From NCBI GenBank assembly GCA_038496445.1, contig JALMLS010000325.1:1-64000 (forward strand): 64,000 nucleotides of DNA. The letters are read 5' to 3'. The notes under the pieces were generated by a model. That model did not search any database and was not told the origin of the DNA. It worked only from the letters and a program-made list of their open reading frames with translations. Both the position numbers and the translations under genes were made by a program. The DNA is from Trichosphaerium sp. ATCC 40318. Taxonomy: Eukaryota > Protista > Tubulinea. Of the stretch, positions 28,363 to 40,560 are shown piece after piece (positions within the stretch are counted from its first letter, which is position 1; each line of letters begins with the position of its first letter).

Positions 28363-28730
28363 ACCGTAACTGTACACTATAATTCTGGCGAGCGAATGAC
28401 TTCTACAATGATTTTTCGCCAAACTTACGCTTTCGTGCGACAAGACTTTGATAGGCAAACTGGCATTTCTAAGAAAATATTAATTGTCCTCAGACTCTAG
28501 TTGGTAGGTTGTTACGATCATCAAAACGGTAAGACACGTGCCATTTGAAGAAATATACTAGTTATATTTTTTTCTATGAAAACATGTCAAACTGTAGCGT
28601 ATTTTAGCGTCAGAAGGAAATCAACATAACCAACCTTGTGCGTAGTTTCTGGAAAGTGTATTTTCGCGGATTTATGTTTAAGGCGCTTTGTTAACAACTT
28701 AACGTCAAAAACCAAAAAACTCACCAAGAG

Positions 28731-30035
28731 ATGACCTCCACGCTTGATTTTGTCGTTAATTCTATGCTCCCAGCTAATGAGGAGGATACAGAAAGCCTTG
28801 CAGAGCATCAAAAGGCCGTAGAAATGTACAACAACATAGACAAGCAAAGACTTCCAGAAAAAAAAGTTGAGATCGCTTTGAATGTTTTAAACACGCTTTC
28901 TTACTACACCGTCAAAATTCCCGCCTATCGCGTCATTGCATACCTCGGTACTGAAAGCGATCTTCAAGAAGCTTTGAGCCGTATACGTTACCTTACAAAG
29001 AGACTTTGCTTGGAATATCCTCCAACAAATGACTATGAGTTCGAAGGTGCCGCAATCCATGCTTTGATTTTATACAAGTTGGGTGAAACCGAGAGCGCTT
29101 ATAGCAAATGTCAGATTGCTCAGTTATATTCGGATGGCACAAATCCAACAGGGAAAAGGATAACGAAGGACATCAAAGTCATTACTGATGATATTCACTT
29201 CGAAGAATGGAAATTAAAATCGTACTTGGCACCTTTGTGGAGTTTTGATAGTGATGAAGGTCTAATGAAGATTAAACAAGTACCTATCATCTGCGAGAGT
29301 AAAGAAGTGTTTGATCAAGGTGTTTCGAATACATCAAGTGCAGATTTTGGTCAAGGAGAGCAGCATTCTCTGTGTCCTGCTGGGTTTCTTAGCGCGAAGG
29401 AATTTGATGTCCACCACTTGGTTGTCACTGCTGGAGACATTCAACGCATTCAAAGATTCTGTGGGCCTTCTAGAGATATATGTCAAGCATCGTATAAGTC
29501 TACTATATCCCATCCGATGGAAGCAATCTCAGCGTTGATCATTTCTTTGCGTTCTAAAATTGCTGAAGAATGTACAAATAATTTTATCAAAGTTATTTCA
29601 ACTTTCTCTGAAGAGTCCGTTGTCAGTTCTATCACAGATGCTATCCCTGATAATAGAGAACCAAGTCAAAATAATGGAAGCATGGTATTCCGAGCGACAA
29701 TGAGTCAAAGTGTACCAGGAGATGTACCAGCCGAACAACAAGAAGATGCAAAAGAGAATCATCGACTTATTTTTTGTCAATCAGTCTTCTCTATTACAAA
29801 TTGCCGTCTTGTTAAACCAAATGATTCATGGTTTCAGGCTGTGAATATCGCTTTGGCTAGCCTTGGATCTTCAGTCGTTGTTGCAAGCAGACCAGATATC
29901 CAACTTGATAGACGACAACTCCCATACCCTTACTCTGTTTTCACTGTGACTAACACTCAAAGTAAGAAAGCGTTTCTTACTATAGTGGATGAAAAGGGTA
30001 GAATTATGTTTTCTGATGTTAGACCTACACAATGA
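28731..30035 (+). CDS. Intronless 434-aa protein of unknown function, TPR-like helical N-terminal part
   Basis: Long open ORF; AAIHALILYKLGETESAY is TPR-like; no family recognised. Confidence 0.75.
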   Translation: MTSTLDFVVNSMLPANEEDTESLAEHQKAVEMYNNIDKQRLPEKKVEIALNVLNTLSYYTVKIPAYRVIAYLGTESDLQEALSRIRYLTKRLCLEYPPTNDYEFEGAAIHALILYKLGETESAYSKCQIAQLYSDGTNPTGKRITKDIKVITDDIHFEEWKLKSYLAPLWSFDSDEGLMKIKQVPIICESKEVFDQGVSNTSSADFGQGEQHSLCPAGFLSAKEFDVHHLVVTAGDIQRIQRFCGPSRDICQASYKSTISHPMEAISALIISLRSKIAEECTNNFIKVISTFSEESVVSSITDAIPDNREPSQNNGSMVFRATMSQSVPGDVPAEQQEDAKENHRLIFCQSVFSITNCRLVKPNDSWFQAVNIALASLGSSVVVASRPDIQLDRRQLPYPYSVFTVTNTQSKKAFLTIVDEKGRIMFSDVRPTQ

Positions 30036-30318
30036 ACGAAGATTTAGAACATTGTACACTCACAGTTATGGCGCACAACAAAAATAAAATCAGATGTAGT
30101 ATTTTTTTTTCTTTGTTTTTGGTTTTCGTTACTCTTTTCCTTACGCTAGAGAAGACAGTTTACATTAACCTTGCTTGTTATTGTAAAATAATTTATTTTC
30201 AAAACTTGTGATTGGGTTTTCGGCTCTTCATTTATCCTGGCACTCTGCAGTGGCTCGAGAAAAACCAACAACATTTGGATTTTTGGCTTGTAACCATTTT
30301 ATTTTTGCAAAAAAAAAA

Positions 30319-30966
30319 TCACGTGTTGTTCGCCAAAACAGCATAGACAACAATCAAATAGATAATTACTATGCTTACTGATAAGCCGCAACTAATACCG
30401 AAGCCAATGATGGCACCCTTGCGCCTAAAAAAACCCGTTAAAGTAAGAACAACGAAAAACAAACAACATTGTCTAAATAGACGCTGTTGGTTCAAACCAA
30501 AAAGTATCCACGTACCCTCTCTTGCTTTGTGGGAATACGCACATAGATATCAACAATCCAATAAGACCCAACCAGAAACTCAAAATACAACCAACCCAAA
30601 AATCAGATTGAGTTCCTAAATTGAAGTTAACGGTCTTTTAGTCACGTGACTTTTTCTAAAACAATCAAACGAAGCTCTTACCTTCATCGCCTGCGGTGGC
30701 ATTTACGTGTACGATGGTTTGTGCAGGAGCTGGGTTATACCCAGTCGGTTGGTACTAGAATACTGAGTTAGAGTGCGGCTAGTAGTCGTCCGTGAAAGCA
30801 AAGATGATTTCATGATAGCCTGTAATTTCGCGAAAGCCTTTTTGTTTTTAAAACGTACGTATTGCTGCTGTCCCTGTTGGTGTACTAGAGGTGAATTTGG
30901 GTTGTATTGTGGTTGTGGAGTGGGTTGATATGCTGCCTGAGGTTGTTGTTGCTGTTGATACGCCAT
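30319..30966 (-). CDS. Small membrane protein, Q/P/Y-rich N-terminus and two TM helices (Dsc3/DUF2407 C-terminus-like)
   Basis: MAYQQQQQPQ...; EGTQSDFWVGCILSFWLGLIGLL...RGRKGAIIGFGIS; spliced. Confidence 0.65.
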
Positions 30967-32325
30967 TATGAAGTGCAGTAGTGTGATGTGATGCGTGGTA
31001 TTTGAAAAAATAAAAAAAACTGCTAAGTCAACTTGTACACCTTTCACACCGCTTCATAATTCTACTACAGAGTCGTATGTGAAACACCATTGTAACAAAA
31101 GATATCAGTATTAAGCTCCTTTCGCAGTTTTTTAGGAAATAGTGACACAGTCCCGTGCTACACAAGGCAATATTCATAGAATTCCCAAAGAACCACAAGA
31201 GAAGTTACAATGACGTTCGCATTGCCAGTATTCGGACCAACTACCAATAGTGCCAAGGGCCAGTGGTTTATCAGATACTTACAGATTCAAATCAAGGCTT
31301 TGTCCAATAAACTAAGTTCAAAGGCGGATTTGACTTGAAATACGCCATTTTTATTGTAGTGTAAGGAAGTGGTCTTGACCGCTTTTTGTCGTAGCTGTAA
31401 GCTAGACTTCCTAATAGTAGCGCTAAGCTTACTTTTTAAAAGGCCGCTCTGATTTGTAGCACGCACGTGACTTTCTACTTTTATGCTCACATAAATTACT
31501 TCACAAGGATACACTAATGGTATAGCTTGCAGACTTGCACAAGGCTACCTATGCTCACAAAACATCCCGAAAAATCAGGCTTAGCGCTAAAACAAAATAG
31601 CGTTATTTCAGGTCAAATCCATCCAGTACTCTAGTCGACTTCTATTTGACACATGGTTTTTACTATCTTTTAAACTTAGATAAAACAAAAGCTCTTCAAG
31701 CTAACACCGTCAAACAGCAAACACATGGCACACAGAATGATGGTAGCATACATGACACTACTATACCGAAGATATCGCATTAGGTGTAAAGATGATATTG
31801 AACACAAGAAGAAAGAGTATTGGAGCTTTCATCAACCCTAGGTTGCTCAGGATAGCGGATCCAAAGATAAAGAAGATTCTGGGCTTGTAGGCTTCGGCTT
31901 GTAAGTTCCAGATAGACTCAGAAATTGGTAAAACATAAACAGTAGATAGAACATATATTGGTACAAAGATAAGATGATGATAATGATGTCCCTGGAACAC
32001 GATGATTTATGAAAACCTACATGGAACGTGGTAACACTTGATCTAAGATAAATGGCTCTGTAATTATAGTTATCAGCCGCAAGATGAAAATAGGGCTGCG
32101 TCACACCTTTCAAACTTAATAGCGCTGTACGATGGCCTGAAGAAATGTGCTCCTGGTGAGACTTTTGTTGACGTTAAAATACAAAATTAATAAACAGATT
32201 TCTCACATTTTACTTGCGTTCACATCACTTAAGATTTGCACTGCAGGCTATTCATAACGGGAGCACCAATAACAGCAAGGCAGCAATCTGCTTAGGCAAT
32301 AATTAAAGAAATAAGTGTCGAACAG

Positions 32326-33324
32326 ATGGAAAATACCGCAACTGAGCTTACAGCACTCCCAGTCGAAGTAATCGCTCATATTCTCAAACAAGGAACATTT
32401 ACACTGCGCTCAGCGCAGACGTGCCGCTTATTACGTGATATCGTCCATAATATCATCGGATATGGCAAAATATTTGTCAAATCTGAAAGCGCAGCGAAAA
32501 TCCTTTCAGGAAGTCCTTTGCTGAAGAATACCAAAATCTCTTTTCTTCTAAACTTTAGAGAGCACGTGAATGACAACTATCTGAAACTCCTCGCAGGAGC
32601 ACATACTATCAACCTAGGTAACTGTCAGTCAATAACAGATGATGGTATCAAGGCATTGTCAGGCGTACATACTGTTGATCTAAGTTTATGTAAGTCTATA
32701 ACAGATGAGAGTTTAAAGGCATTGGCTTGTGTACATACTATTTATTTATCAGACACAAATGTAACAGATGAAGGCATCATGGCTTTAGCCGGTGTACACA
32801 AGATTGTTTTAAGATTCACAAAAGTAACAGATGAGGGTTTAAAGGCATTGGCTGGTGTACATACTATTGCTTTAGAAAGTACAAAAGTAACAGATAAAGG
32901 TATCATGGCTTTAGCCGGTGTACACAAGATTGATTTAAGAAACACAAAAGTAACAGATGAGGGTTTAAAGGCATTGGCTGGTGTACATACTATCTGCTTA
33001 TTTAATTGTTCATCAATAACAGACAAAGGTATAGTTTTTTTGGCAGGTGCACGTGTTATCGATTTATCGCACACAAAGCTAACAGATGAGGGTTTAAAGG
33101 CATTGGCTGGTGTACATGAGATTTATTTAGTATGTACAAATGTAACAGATGAAGGTATAGCTTTTTTGGCAGGTGTACACAAGATTGATTTATCACAGAC
33201 AAATGTAACAGATGAAGGTTTGAAGGCGTTGGTAGGTGTACATGAAATTTCTGTTAAATTATGTAACTTTATTACAGAAAAGGGTATCGAGGTGTTACAT
33301 GATACACACAAAATATATATGTAA
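32326..33324 (+). CDS. F-box + leucine-rich repeat protein, intronless
   Basis: LTALPVEVIAHIL; about 11 repeats of GVHxIxLxxTxVTDEGLKALA. Confidence 0.9.
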   Translation: MENTATELTALPVEVIAHILKQGTFTLRSAQTCRLLRDIVHNIIGYGKIFVKSESAAKILSGSPLLKNTKISFLLNFREHVNDNYLKLLAGAHTINLGNCQSITDDGIKALSGVHTVDLSLCKSITDESLKALACVHTIYLSDTNVTDEGIMALAGVHKIVLRFTKVTDEGLKALAGVHTIALESTKVTDKGIMALAGVHKIDLRNTKVTDEGLKALAGVHTICLFNCSSITDKGIVFLAGARVIDLSHTKLTDEGLKALAGVHEIYLVCTNVTDEGIAFLAGVHKIDLSQTNVTDEGLKALVGVHEISVKLCNFITEKGIEVLHDTHKIYM

Positions 33325-33339
33325 TAAAATACATTGTTT

Positions 33340-33672
33340 AAATTACTAGAGAAAATAACTGTAGCACATGTCTATGAACTGCTATCAGGTGTGCAAAAGC
33401 ATTTTTGATGTACCTGTGGCTACATTTAAGACAGTTAGAAAAGCCAACCATTTTGCAAAAACAGATTCAGGTTTGAAGGCTTCGGCAGGTGTATATGAGA
33501 TTTATCACACGTGGCTGTAACCGATTCAAATTTGAAGGTGCTGGCACGTGCACATAAAATTTCTCTGCAAGCTTGTGCATCCATAAGAGATGAAGGCATA
33601 AAGGCGCTGGCTTTCATACAATCTATCTTTTTGAGTTTCGTATAAAAATCACTGACAAAGGAATCAAAGTCA
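33340..33672 (+). pseudogene. Degenerate LRR-repeat remnant
   Basis: Frameshifted copies of the same repeat, e.g. LKVLARAHKISLQACASIRDEGIKAL. Confidence 0.7.
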
Positions 33673-34179
33673 TAGTATTAGTGTTTAGGAACTACTAGTA
33701 GGTGGCACCACTCTCGTGTTTAACAGAAGAAGGGCAATCTTAACTAGTAATCAAAATATGAATGAAGGATGTGGAACATTTCAAGCGTTTGGTTGATTGT
33801 CTAGAAATGCGTACCTTACAAGTTAGATTCATGCGTTCTTGTTGATCTACGATACCAGATTGGAGGAGAGAATACGTCTCAGTCATCTTAGATCCCTGGA
33901 TCACGTAGCGAGACCCTTCCCAAGCCTTACAACCATGAAGGCACTTCTTCTCAACACTTTTTGAATTGTAATCTGCCATTGTATAGTGCTACTTGCCGAT
34001 GTTGTTTTACGATACTACCGTACTTAAACAACTACCTCTCACTTTTCAAACGCCAGTAAAATACAAATTTATACTGTCACAATAAAGATGATAGCGAGCA
34101 ATAATCACAACAGCCTAACCTTTTCATCTTTTTTTTTTTTCAAAATGTTCACACGAGTCTCCTTAGGTGTAGAATAAAT

Positions 34180-34935
34180 TTGCTCATTTCGAACCCCGAT
34201 GGTCGCTATGCTACGTTTAAACTAGACTTGACGGTCACAGACACCAATGGATTCTTGAATTACATCTTTAACTGGGTACAACTCCAGTATGCCTCAAACG
34301 CTAATGTTCAAGCAAACGATAAACTCATCTCTGGTTTCTTCGATAATACTCAAAGAATAAGACAAGAATATGTTGTGTTGATCAAACAAACAGGGTACTA
34401 CGTCATGAAGTTCAATATCATAACGAACAACTGGGATATCCTCTCGAGCTCAAGCAACGGACAGATTTACTGGTGGGTTATTAATCAATCGAGTGACAAG
34501 TACATTGTAGGAGGATTCGAAAACCAAGCAGATGACCTCCTCCTTTGTGTTAATCCTAACGGATGGCATCATCTCATGAAATTAAACCCAGCAACAAATA
34601 CCTTCCAGTTCATCGAAGGTGGCTCAAACGGCAAAATTGGCACATGGACAATCGGTCATCACAACAGATTTCTTGCGGGCAGGTTTGACCGTTCAATCGG
34701 CGGAATATATTCGCATCACTTGCTCGCTATTGATCCAAGTGGTAATTCCAAAACACTTAGACTAGTAAATAACCATTGGACGCAAGTAGCAACGAACAAC
34801 GGAGATGGTAGGATTGCTGGATGGCATATTGGTTGGGGTGATCACTATGTACGAGTTGAATCATTTCTTGTAGACCGATATAGAGTACTAGCATTTAACA
34901 ACGGTGGCTGGTGGAAAAGTATGCAACTGTTGTAA
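34180..34935 (+). CDS. Bacterial-type FG-GAP/VCBS-like beta-propeller repeat protein, 5' end missing or unresolved
   Basis: Repeats NGQIYWWVINQSSDKYIVGGF...LLCVNPNGWHHLM, NGKIGTWTIG..RFLAGRFD, DGRIAGWHIGWGDHY; no intron and no clear in-frame ATG at the 5' end. Confidence 0.6.
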   Translation: MLISNPDGRYATFKLDLTVTDTNGFLNYIFNWVQLQYASNANVQANDKLISGFFDNTQRIRQEYVVLIKQTGYYVMKFNIITNNWDILSSSSNGQIYWWVINQSSDKYIVGGFENQADDLLLCVNPNGWHHLMKLNPATNTFQFIEGGSNGKIGTWTIGHHNRFLAGRFDRSIGGIYSHHLLAIDPSGNSKTLRLVNNHWTQVATNNGDGRIAGWHIGWGDHYVRVESFLVDRYRVLAFNNGGWWKSMQLL

Positions 34936-35059
34936 ATAAACTGAATGTTTTACCCTGTTTCTGTTACTTTTTGTGCTTCTTGTTCAAAGTGAGTAACGCT
35001 CCAGACTCTTATATTCCTTGACTTAACCCTTAAATGTACTTTATAAAATATCTTTATAT

Positions 35060-35922
35060 CCCATGGGCGGACACACTGTTTTTGGTGAAAGTACACAATT
35101 TTTTTTGACCTATATTTTTCCATCTCTTCAAGCTAAACAGCATAATATCATACCATTTTGTCACCAATATGCAATACTATCTATTTACAAACCAAAAGTT
35201 TATACAATTGATTGGGTGGTGCGGCAGAGCATTGTCAAAAAAGTCAATTTTTACTTTTTAACACAAAATTACTTTTATAGTTCAAAGGCAGTTTACTCAT
35301 ATTTTTCAAAATCTATTATTGCCATACGTGCTAAAAGGTTTTAGTTGTACATGTAAAAACTAAACAAAGAGTTCTATTAATATACACAGCAGCATTTTAC
35401 AATTATTTTAGAGGCCCAAAAGTGATTTTGACACTCAAATTCCTCCCTTACTCCTACAGTCATTTCAATATTTAAACAAGAGCATATACAACATGTTAAG
35501 AAACTGGTATTGGATTTACACTTTTACATAGTTAAGCAGGCCCGAAAAATGAACACAAAAGTGGCTTTTTTACCATTTTGAAACATCCTCACAAACAGAT
35601 GATTAATAATTTTTTTAGTTCTTTAATGTTTATAGACGGGTACAAAGGTCTTGTAAATCACATATAGTGTGAAGGGAAAGAGTTATTTTTTAGATGGTCC
35701 ACAGTGTGCATGCAAAGTTGACACGTCGAAATTTGTAACTTTGCAAAAAAACGCTCTAGCTTGCAACCCAACCACTTTGATTACCCCTTGATATTCACAC
35801 ATATATTAGTATAGATGGTATATTTGTGGCTAACTTTATGGCATGTTTAAGTAAATATACATGAAAATATGGTGTCATTAAGTGTGTGTCCCTTCACCAG
35901 AAAAAGTGTGTCCCTTCACGGG
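35060..35922. mobile_element. Non-autonomous DNA transposon (~860 bp) with ~35-bp TIRs and ATAT (or TA) target duplication
   Basis: Left CCCATGGGCGGACACACTGTTTTTGGTGAAAGTACAC; right end reverse-complemented CCCGTGAAGGGACACACTTTTTCTGGTGAAGGGACAC; ATAT on both flanks; AT-rich non-coding interior. Confidence 0.8.
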
Positions 35923-36348
35923 ATATTCAACTCTGTTACGTTATCTCTAAACCTTACAATGTGCTTTTTGTCGGGTTTTAAAATGACCACTGTGACTTTG
36001 ATAAAAGGCTGTTGACCTTCGCATTCTCACGAAGCAGGCACTTTCCGGTTGCCTTTAGCAAGTATTACAATGTACATTCGAAGTAGCCAAGGCAGCTATC
36101 AAACTAGGTATAGCAATCAATTGTACACATAACTCATACTATTAATTACAATGAAAATAGAATTAAAAAGTTAAATAACTCATTGTCACTCTTTGCAATT
36201 ACAAACGCCTCAACAAGTTGTTAAACACTATCATGCTAATATTACAACTCACAACAGGTTTTCCTTACATAGAGAACGCGAAAACGGTTGGCTAGGTTGT
36301 TTTTGTCAAAGATATTCATGTTTAAACAGTTCGTTACAGCGTTTAACT

Positions 36349-36759
36349 ATGTCGCTGTTTCAGTACACCCTGATTTTGTGTTGTACAGCATTTATATCAA
36401 CAGTTCTATGCTCTCAAGTACAAAAAGGAAAATATGATGTCACGTGGACAACACCAAGCACAGACGCCTATGGTACGTACTTTCTTTGGTAACAATAACG
36501 TTGAGAAGAAAAAAAATACCTTCAACGTATCTCTAACGGTTTAAAAGGATCTATGCCTATTGGTAACGGCGATATTGGCGCAAACGTTTGGGCTTTGGTA
36601 AGGGTGATGGCTAAATCATTTCTCCTTAGTATTTGTTAGTCGAATGGCACTGTATCTGTTTTATTAAGCAAAACTGACGCGTGGAGTGAAACAGGGACCC
36701 TGCAGTTAATTAAAGGTGTACACAAATTTAGTCTGTTAGAATGTAAGCAAGTGACTTGA
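36349..36759 (+). pseudogene. Truncated secreted GH95/DUF5703-like glycoside hydrolase, N-terminus only
   Basis: Signal peptide; YDVTWTTPS..GSMPIGNGDIGANVW..LLSKTDAWSETG over 3 exons, then similarity ends at a stop just before the convergent GST. Confidence 0.65.
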
Positions 36760-36829
36760 TGAAGTTTTAGGTGCATTGAGAGAAAAGTTAGTTATTTAAC
36801 AAGTCAAACACAACAAATCAACATGTTAT

Positions 36830-37839
36830 TTATTGAAAGTTGGCAGCGAAAGCAAAGAAATCTTCATGTGCTTTTTCGTATACAGGATCTTTCTTAATTG
36901 TCTCGAACAAAGCGCCAACTTTTGTAGGAAGAGCTACTTTGTAACCGAAGCTTGTGGCTTGTGCAAGAGAAATACACATTGTGTAATCAGCGATAGATGC
37001 AGCTTTACCAACAAGGAAGCCAGAATCTTTGAAATAGTTCTTCTCGTAAAACGCCAACTACACCAATTGTAAGAATGTTTTCAACTTCAATGTATGTAAC
37101 AAAGTTCATGTAGTATTCACGTCAAAAGAAAAAACACGTGACGGTTTTTAGAAACGAGAAAAAAAAAGGAAAATGTTGCGTGAAAAAAGTACCTCAGAAC
37201 TTAGTTTATCGGTTAGCTCTTTTACTCTCTTTGGGTCTGAGTCTCTGGCTTTGAATATTTTTGATACTATTACACTCTCAAAAGCGAGGCTGTTGCATGT
37301 ACCAAACATATCATTACGAATAGATTCGTAAACAGAGTCAATCTACAAAAGAGAAAATAAGTACAAACGTTTGTTGCAAAAAGGACATTTCTTTGGATTT
37401 TTTTTTTCAGTTTTTCAGAAAAAACGTCAACAAACGTCATGTCGAAAAAAAAAAACCGTACTGGTGCTAATGCTGCTGCATCGTTTACAGGGTATGCTGG
37501 GTTAGGATTTTTGATGCTAAAGTATCTATTCGCGTGTTATTCTTGTTTTTCTTTAAAAAAAACGTCAAAGTACCTGAGGATAGCGCTAGAGTCGCGTACT
37601 ACTACATCTCCTTCTGTTACAGCAGGTACTTGGTGTTTTGGGTTAATCTTCAAGTAAGCTTCTCCTTTGTGCTCTCCTTTGAGTAAATCTACAGGCTATA
37701 GTGACGTACTGTGTTAATAAAGGGTTTTAAAGTTGTTTTAAATAAGTACCTTGAGTGTTACGCTAATGCCAGCGGCAAGAGCTGCTACGTGAGCTACACG
37801 ACATGGAGCAGAAAGAGCGAGGTAGTGAATAGTTGCCAT
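36830..37839 (-). CDS. Glutathione S-transferase (theta-like)
   Basis: SAPCR, VDLLKGEHKGEAYLKINPKHQVP, DSSAILRY, FLVGKAASIADY. Confidence 0.92.
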
Positions 37840-38729
37840 TTAGGTTTGTTGTTTGGTTGACTGAATTTATGGTCAAGTTCTGCTTGTTCCACGTGGCCGT
37901 GGAACTTTTTCTAAAAAAGGAAAGGCACCCGCGGGTATATCGGGGTCTAGTAAATCGGAGAGCTAGGAAAATACTCCGCCAGTTTGCCCGCAAATAAAAA
38001 AACTCCTCGTAGATGTCGGTGGAAAACATGGCTGGTCGTAAGCGTAAACACAAAGAAGACAATAAGCGCTTTTGTGACAGCTTTTAAGTTAATCTTTTAA
38101 TTTGTTTTTGGAAGGTACTAAACGCCACTTTCGTATTCCATAGACAAATATGGATGTGTTAAAAGAACAACTCTTGCTACTCAATGTATTACATGGCATC
38201 ACCCTTTCGATTTTTAGAAACTTCACCGAAATTGTCCATTCTCATGCCATCCCGTATATTTGCCAAAACGTTTACCGACCCTAAGCTGTGGTTTTTACGT
38301 TGTCTATTCTTGTACCATCCTTTACGTTCACCGTGTTTATTACCATCAAACCATGGCACTTAAACTGTCCATGAATTCTCAAAGGAGGTTGATGTTGCTC
38401 TATCGTAAACCTTGCTGAATGTAATGGACAGTTGCAGTGTAGATTTATGAACTAACACTACTAAGTATTAGGTGTTACTTTACATCTCTGGATTCACAGG
38501 AGATTGACGTTGTGACAGTCAGATTTTAACGTATTTTGACAGATTGTATTGCAACCCAGTTTGGTAGCCAAAAATACAACCAAAAGGAAAAACTGGAGTC
38601 CTGTTGAGGACATAACATAGGTTAATTATAGCAGCTATAGTTGCTACAAAACACAATAATGCTTATGGGGCTCTTACAAGCGCCTAGTACATATCTACAG
38701 CAAGTAAAGTACCATGTTTTTTATTTGTT

Positions 38730-40020
38730 TTACAAGTCTATACTCAAAAAATCTTGAGCCATTTCGTCATCTTTCTGTTCGTCTTTTATAATAGCGTCTA
38801 TGCTTACAATTTCATCAAAACCCCACTTCTTTTTTATAGCATCTTTATTGTTATCACGTGATATAATAAGAAATTTTATAGTCCCCCAAAATGCTCCTGC
38901 TTGAGCTTCTTTACTCATAAAACTTGTCACATCAACATAAAAACAAAACATTCCTCTTGACTACAAAACAATGTGTTAGTATATACAACAACTAGATCAT
39001 TGCTGAAAATAGAAAAATAACAAGTTAATAAATATAATCAGAAACTTTATATCACGTGACAGATGCTTGAAATGAAATACCAAGAAGTTCTTAAAAAAAA
39101 ACTGGAAAAAAATAGGAAAACCGATTTGTCGAAGGAATAGTGTTGCACCTCTGCCTCTGTTTTAAGCATTTCTTGTAAATTTTCTAACCTCGGAGAATAC
39201 GCCATAAAGAAAGTACCTTCTTTAGATAACATTAAACCAACAATAGTACATAAATCAATAACAGAATTCTTATAATAAATCAAATCAGATCCAATAATAA
39301 CATCAAAAAAATCAATCTCAAATGACTTCTTAAACATCTTAGAAGATTCCTTTGACCACTTCAAGCATGACGCCTACACTCAATCCAAAAAAAAGTATCA
39401 GCAAGACGATGTATGATAGTACAGTGTATCTCTAACCTGAGCTTTAGATGATTTGATGCCATGTTTATCGAGATTTCTTTGTGCCAACTCAACTGTTAGT
39501 TCTTCGCCGTCTGTTAATATCATACGCTTACAAATACTGTCCAAACCGCTAAAAACGCCACAAAGACCCGCTCCGCAACCAAGCTCTAGAACAGTCCTAT
39601 TTATTATTGTATCGTTAGTCCAAACGCTGTGCGGTACAACTAGTATGGTTTACTAGCGGTTTGAAGGAGGAAGAGAAAAAGACCACTTTATAAGTCGCTA
39701 TCTCCGTGTACAGATAGTAAACGTGTTATCGACGCGTAGGAACGTACTCGTTTTGAAGTAAAGCGCGTTTAGCTAATAAAAAGTAACACATCACTTCAGC
39801 GCCACTCCAGATGATCTGGCCTGTCATACATCTGTTTGTGAAGGTGCTATTCTCTATTTTATTGTATCTTTTTGAACAAAAGTAGTTAGAACTCTTAGTA
39901 CATAGCAAATTACGCATACTCTAGGGCTTCTGTAGGTGAAGCAACGAATAAGGAGTATTGTTTGTCTTCTATTGATACAATACGCTCATACGCTTCAGTA
40001 TTAGTACTATCGATCATCAT
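38730..40020 (-). CDS. Family-16 (METTL21/EEF1AKMT-like) SAM-dependent protein methyltransferase
   Basis: TGQIIWSGA, VLELGCGAGLCG, ILTDG, LKW, FDVIIGSDLIY. Confidence 0.9.
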
Positions 40021-40560
40021 TGTGTGTTGTCGGCTATGGTACTTTATACAACAGAAAATCAAAAGTGGTCTATTTGAAAAAACTGCAACAGTTTGTGAAC
40101 AAAACGGTAGCTGACTATAACGCCTTTGTATTAGAAGCCATTTAAATGAACAATAGCTGTTGTTGAACATTATCTTTTTAACCTGCAATTCGAGGCAACT
40201 CCACGTGTGTACACCTGCTAATTCCTTGGCGCCATCATCTGTTATATATTCACAGCCGTATAAATATAGTGCGTGTTACAAAGGTTCAACACGTTATAGG
40301 AAGTTCGACTGTTAATAATCTTGAGAAATTAATGACAACGGTGTAAGTTCCGTGGCTCATGTCCAAAATCTTAGGTAAAATCCTATAGATTACAGGATAT
40401 CTGTCACGAAATTCACGGACGTAAAGAAAGAAAAAAAAGCGGATAACTACGCTCACAATCAAAACCAAAAACTTTTGTTTTACTATACAAAGATCAACTT
40501 GATCAACTTTGTTCAATTCATTTTATTTTTATGTTGTTTACAATATTAATGCCATTTTAT

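Noticed and set aside
31761-32113. Hydrophobic minus-strand ORF fragments
   Set aside because: No coherent exon chain or family; at most a decayed gene
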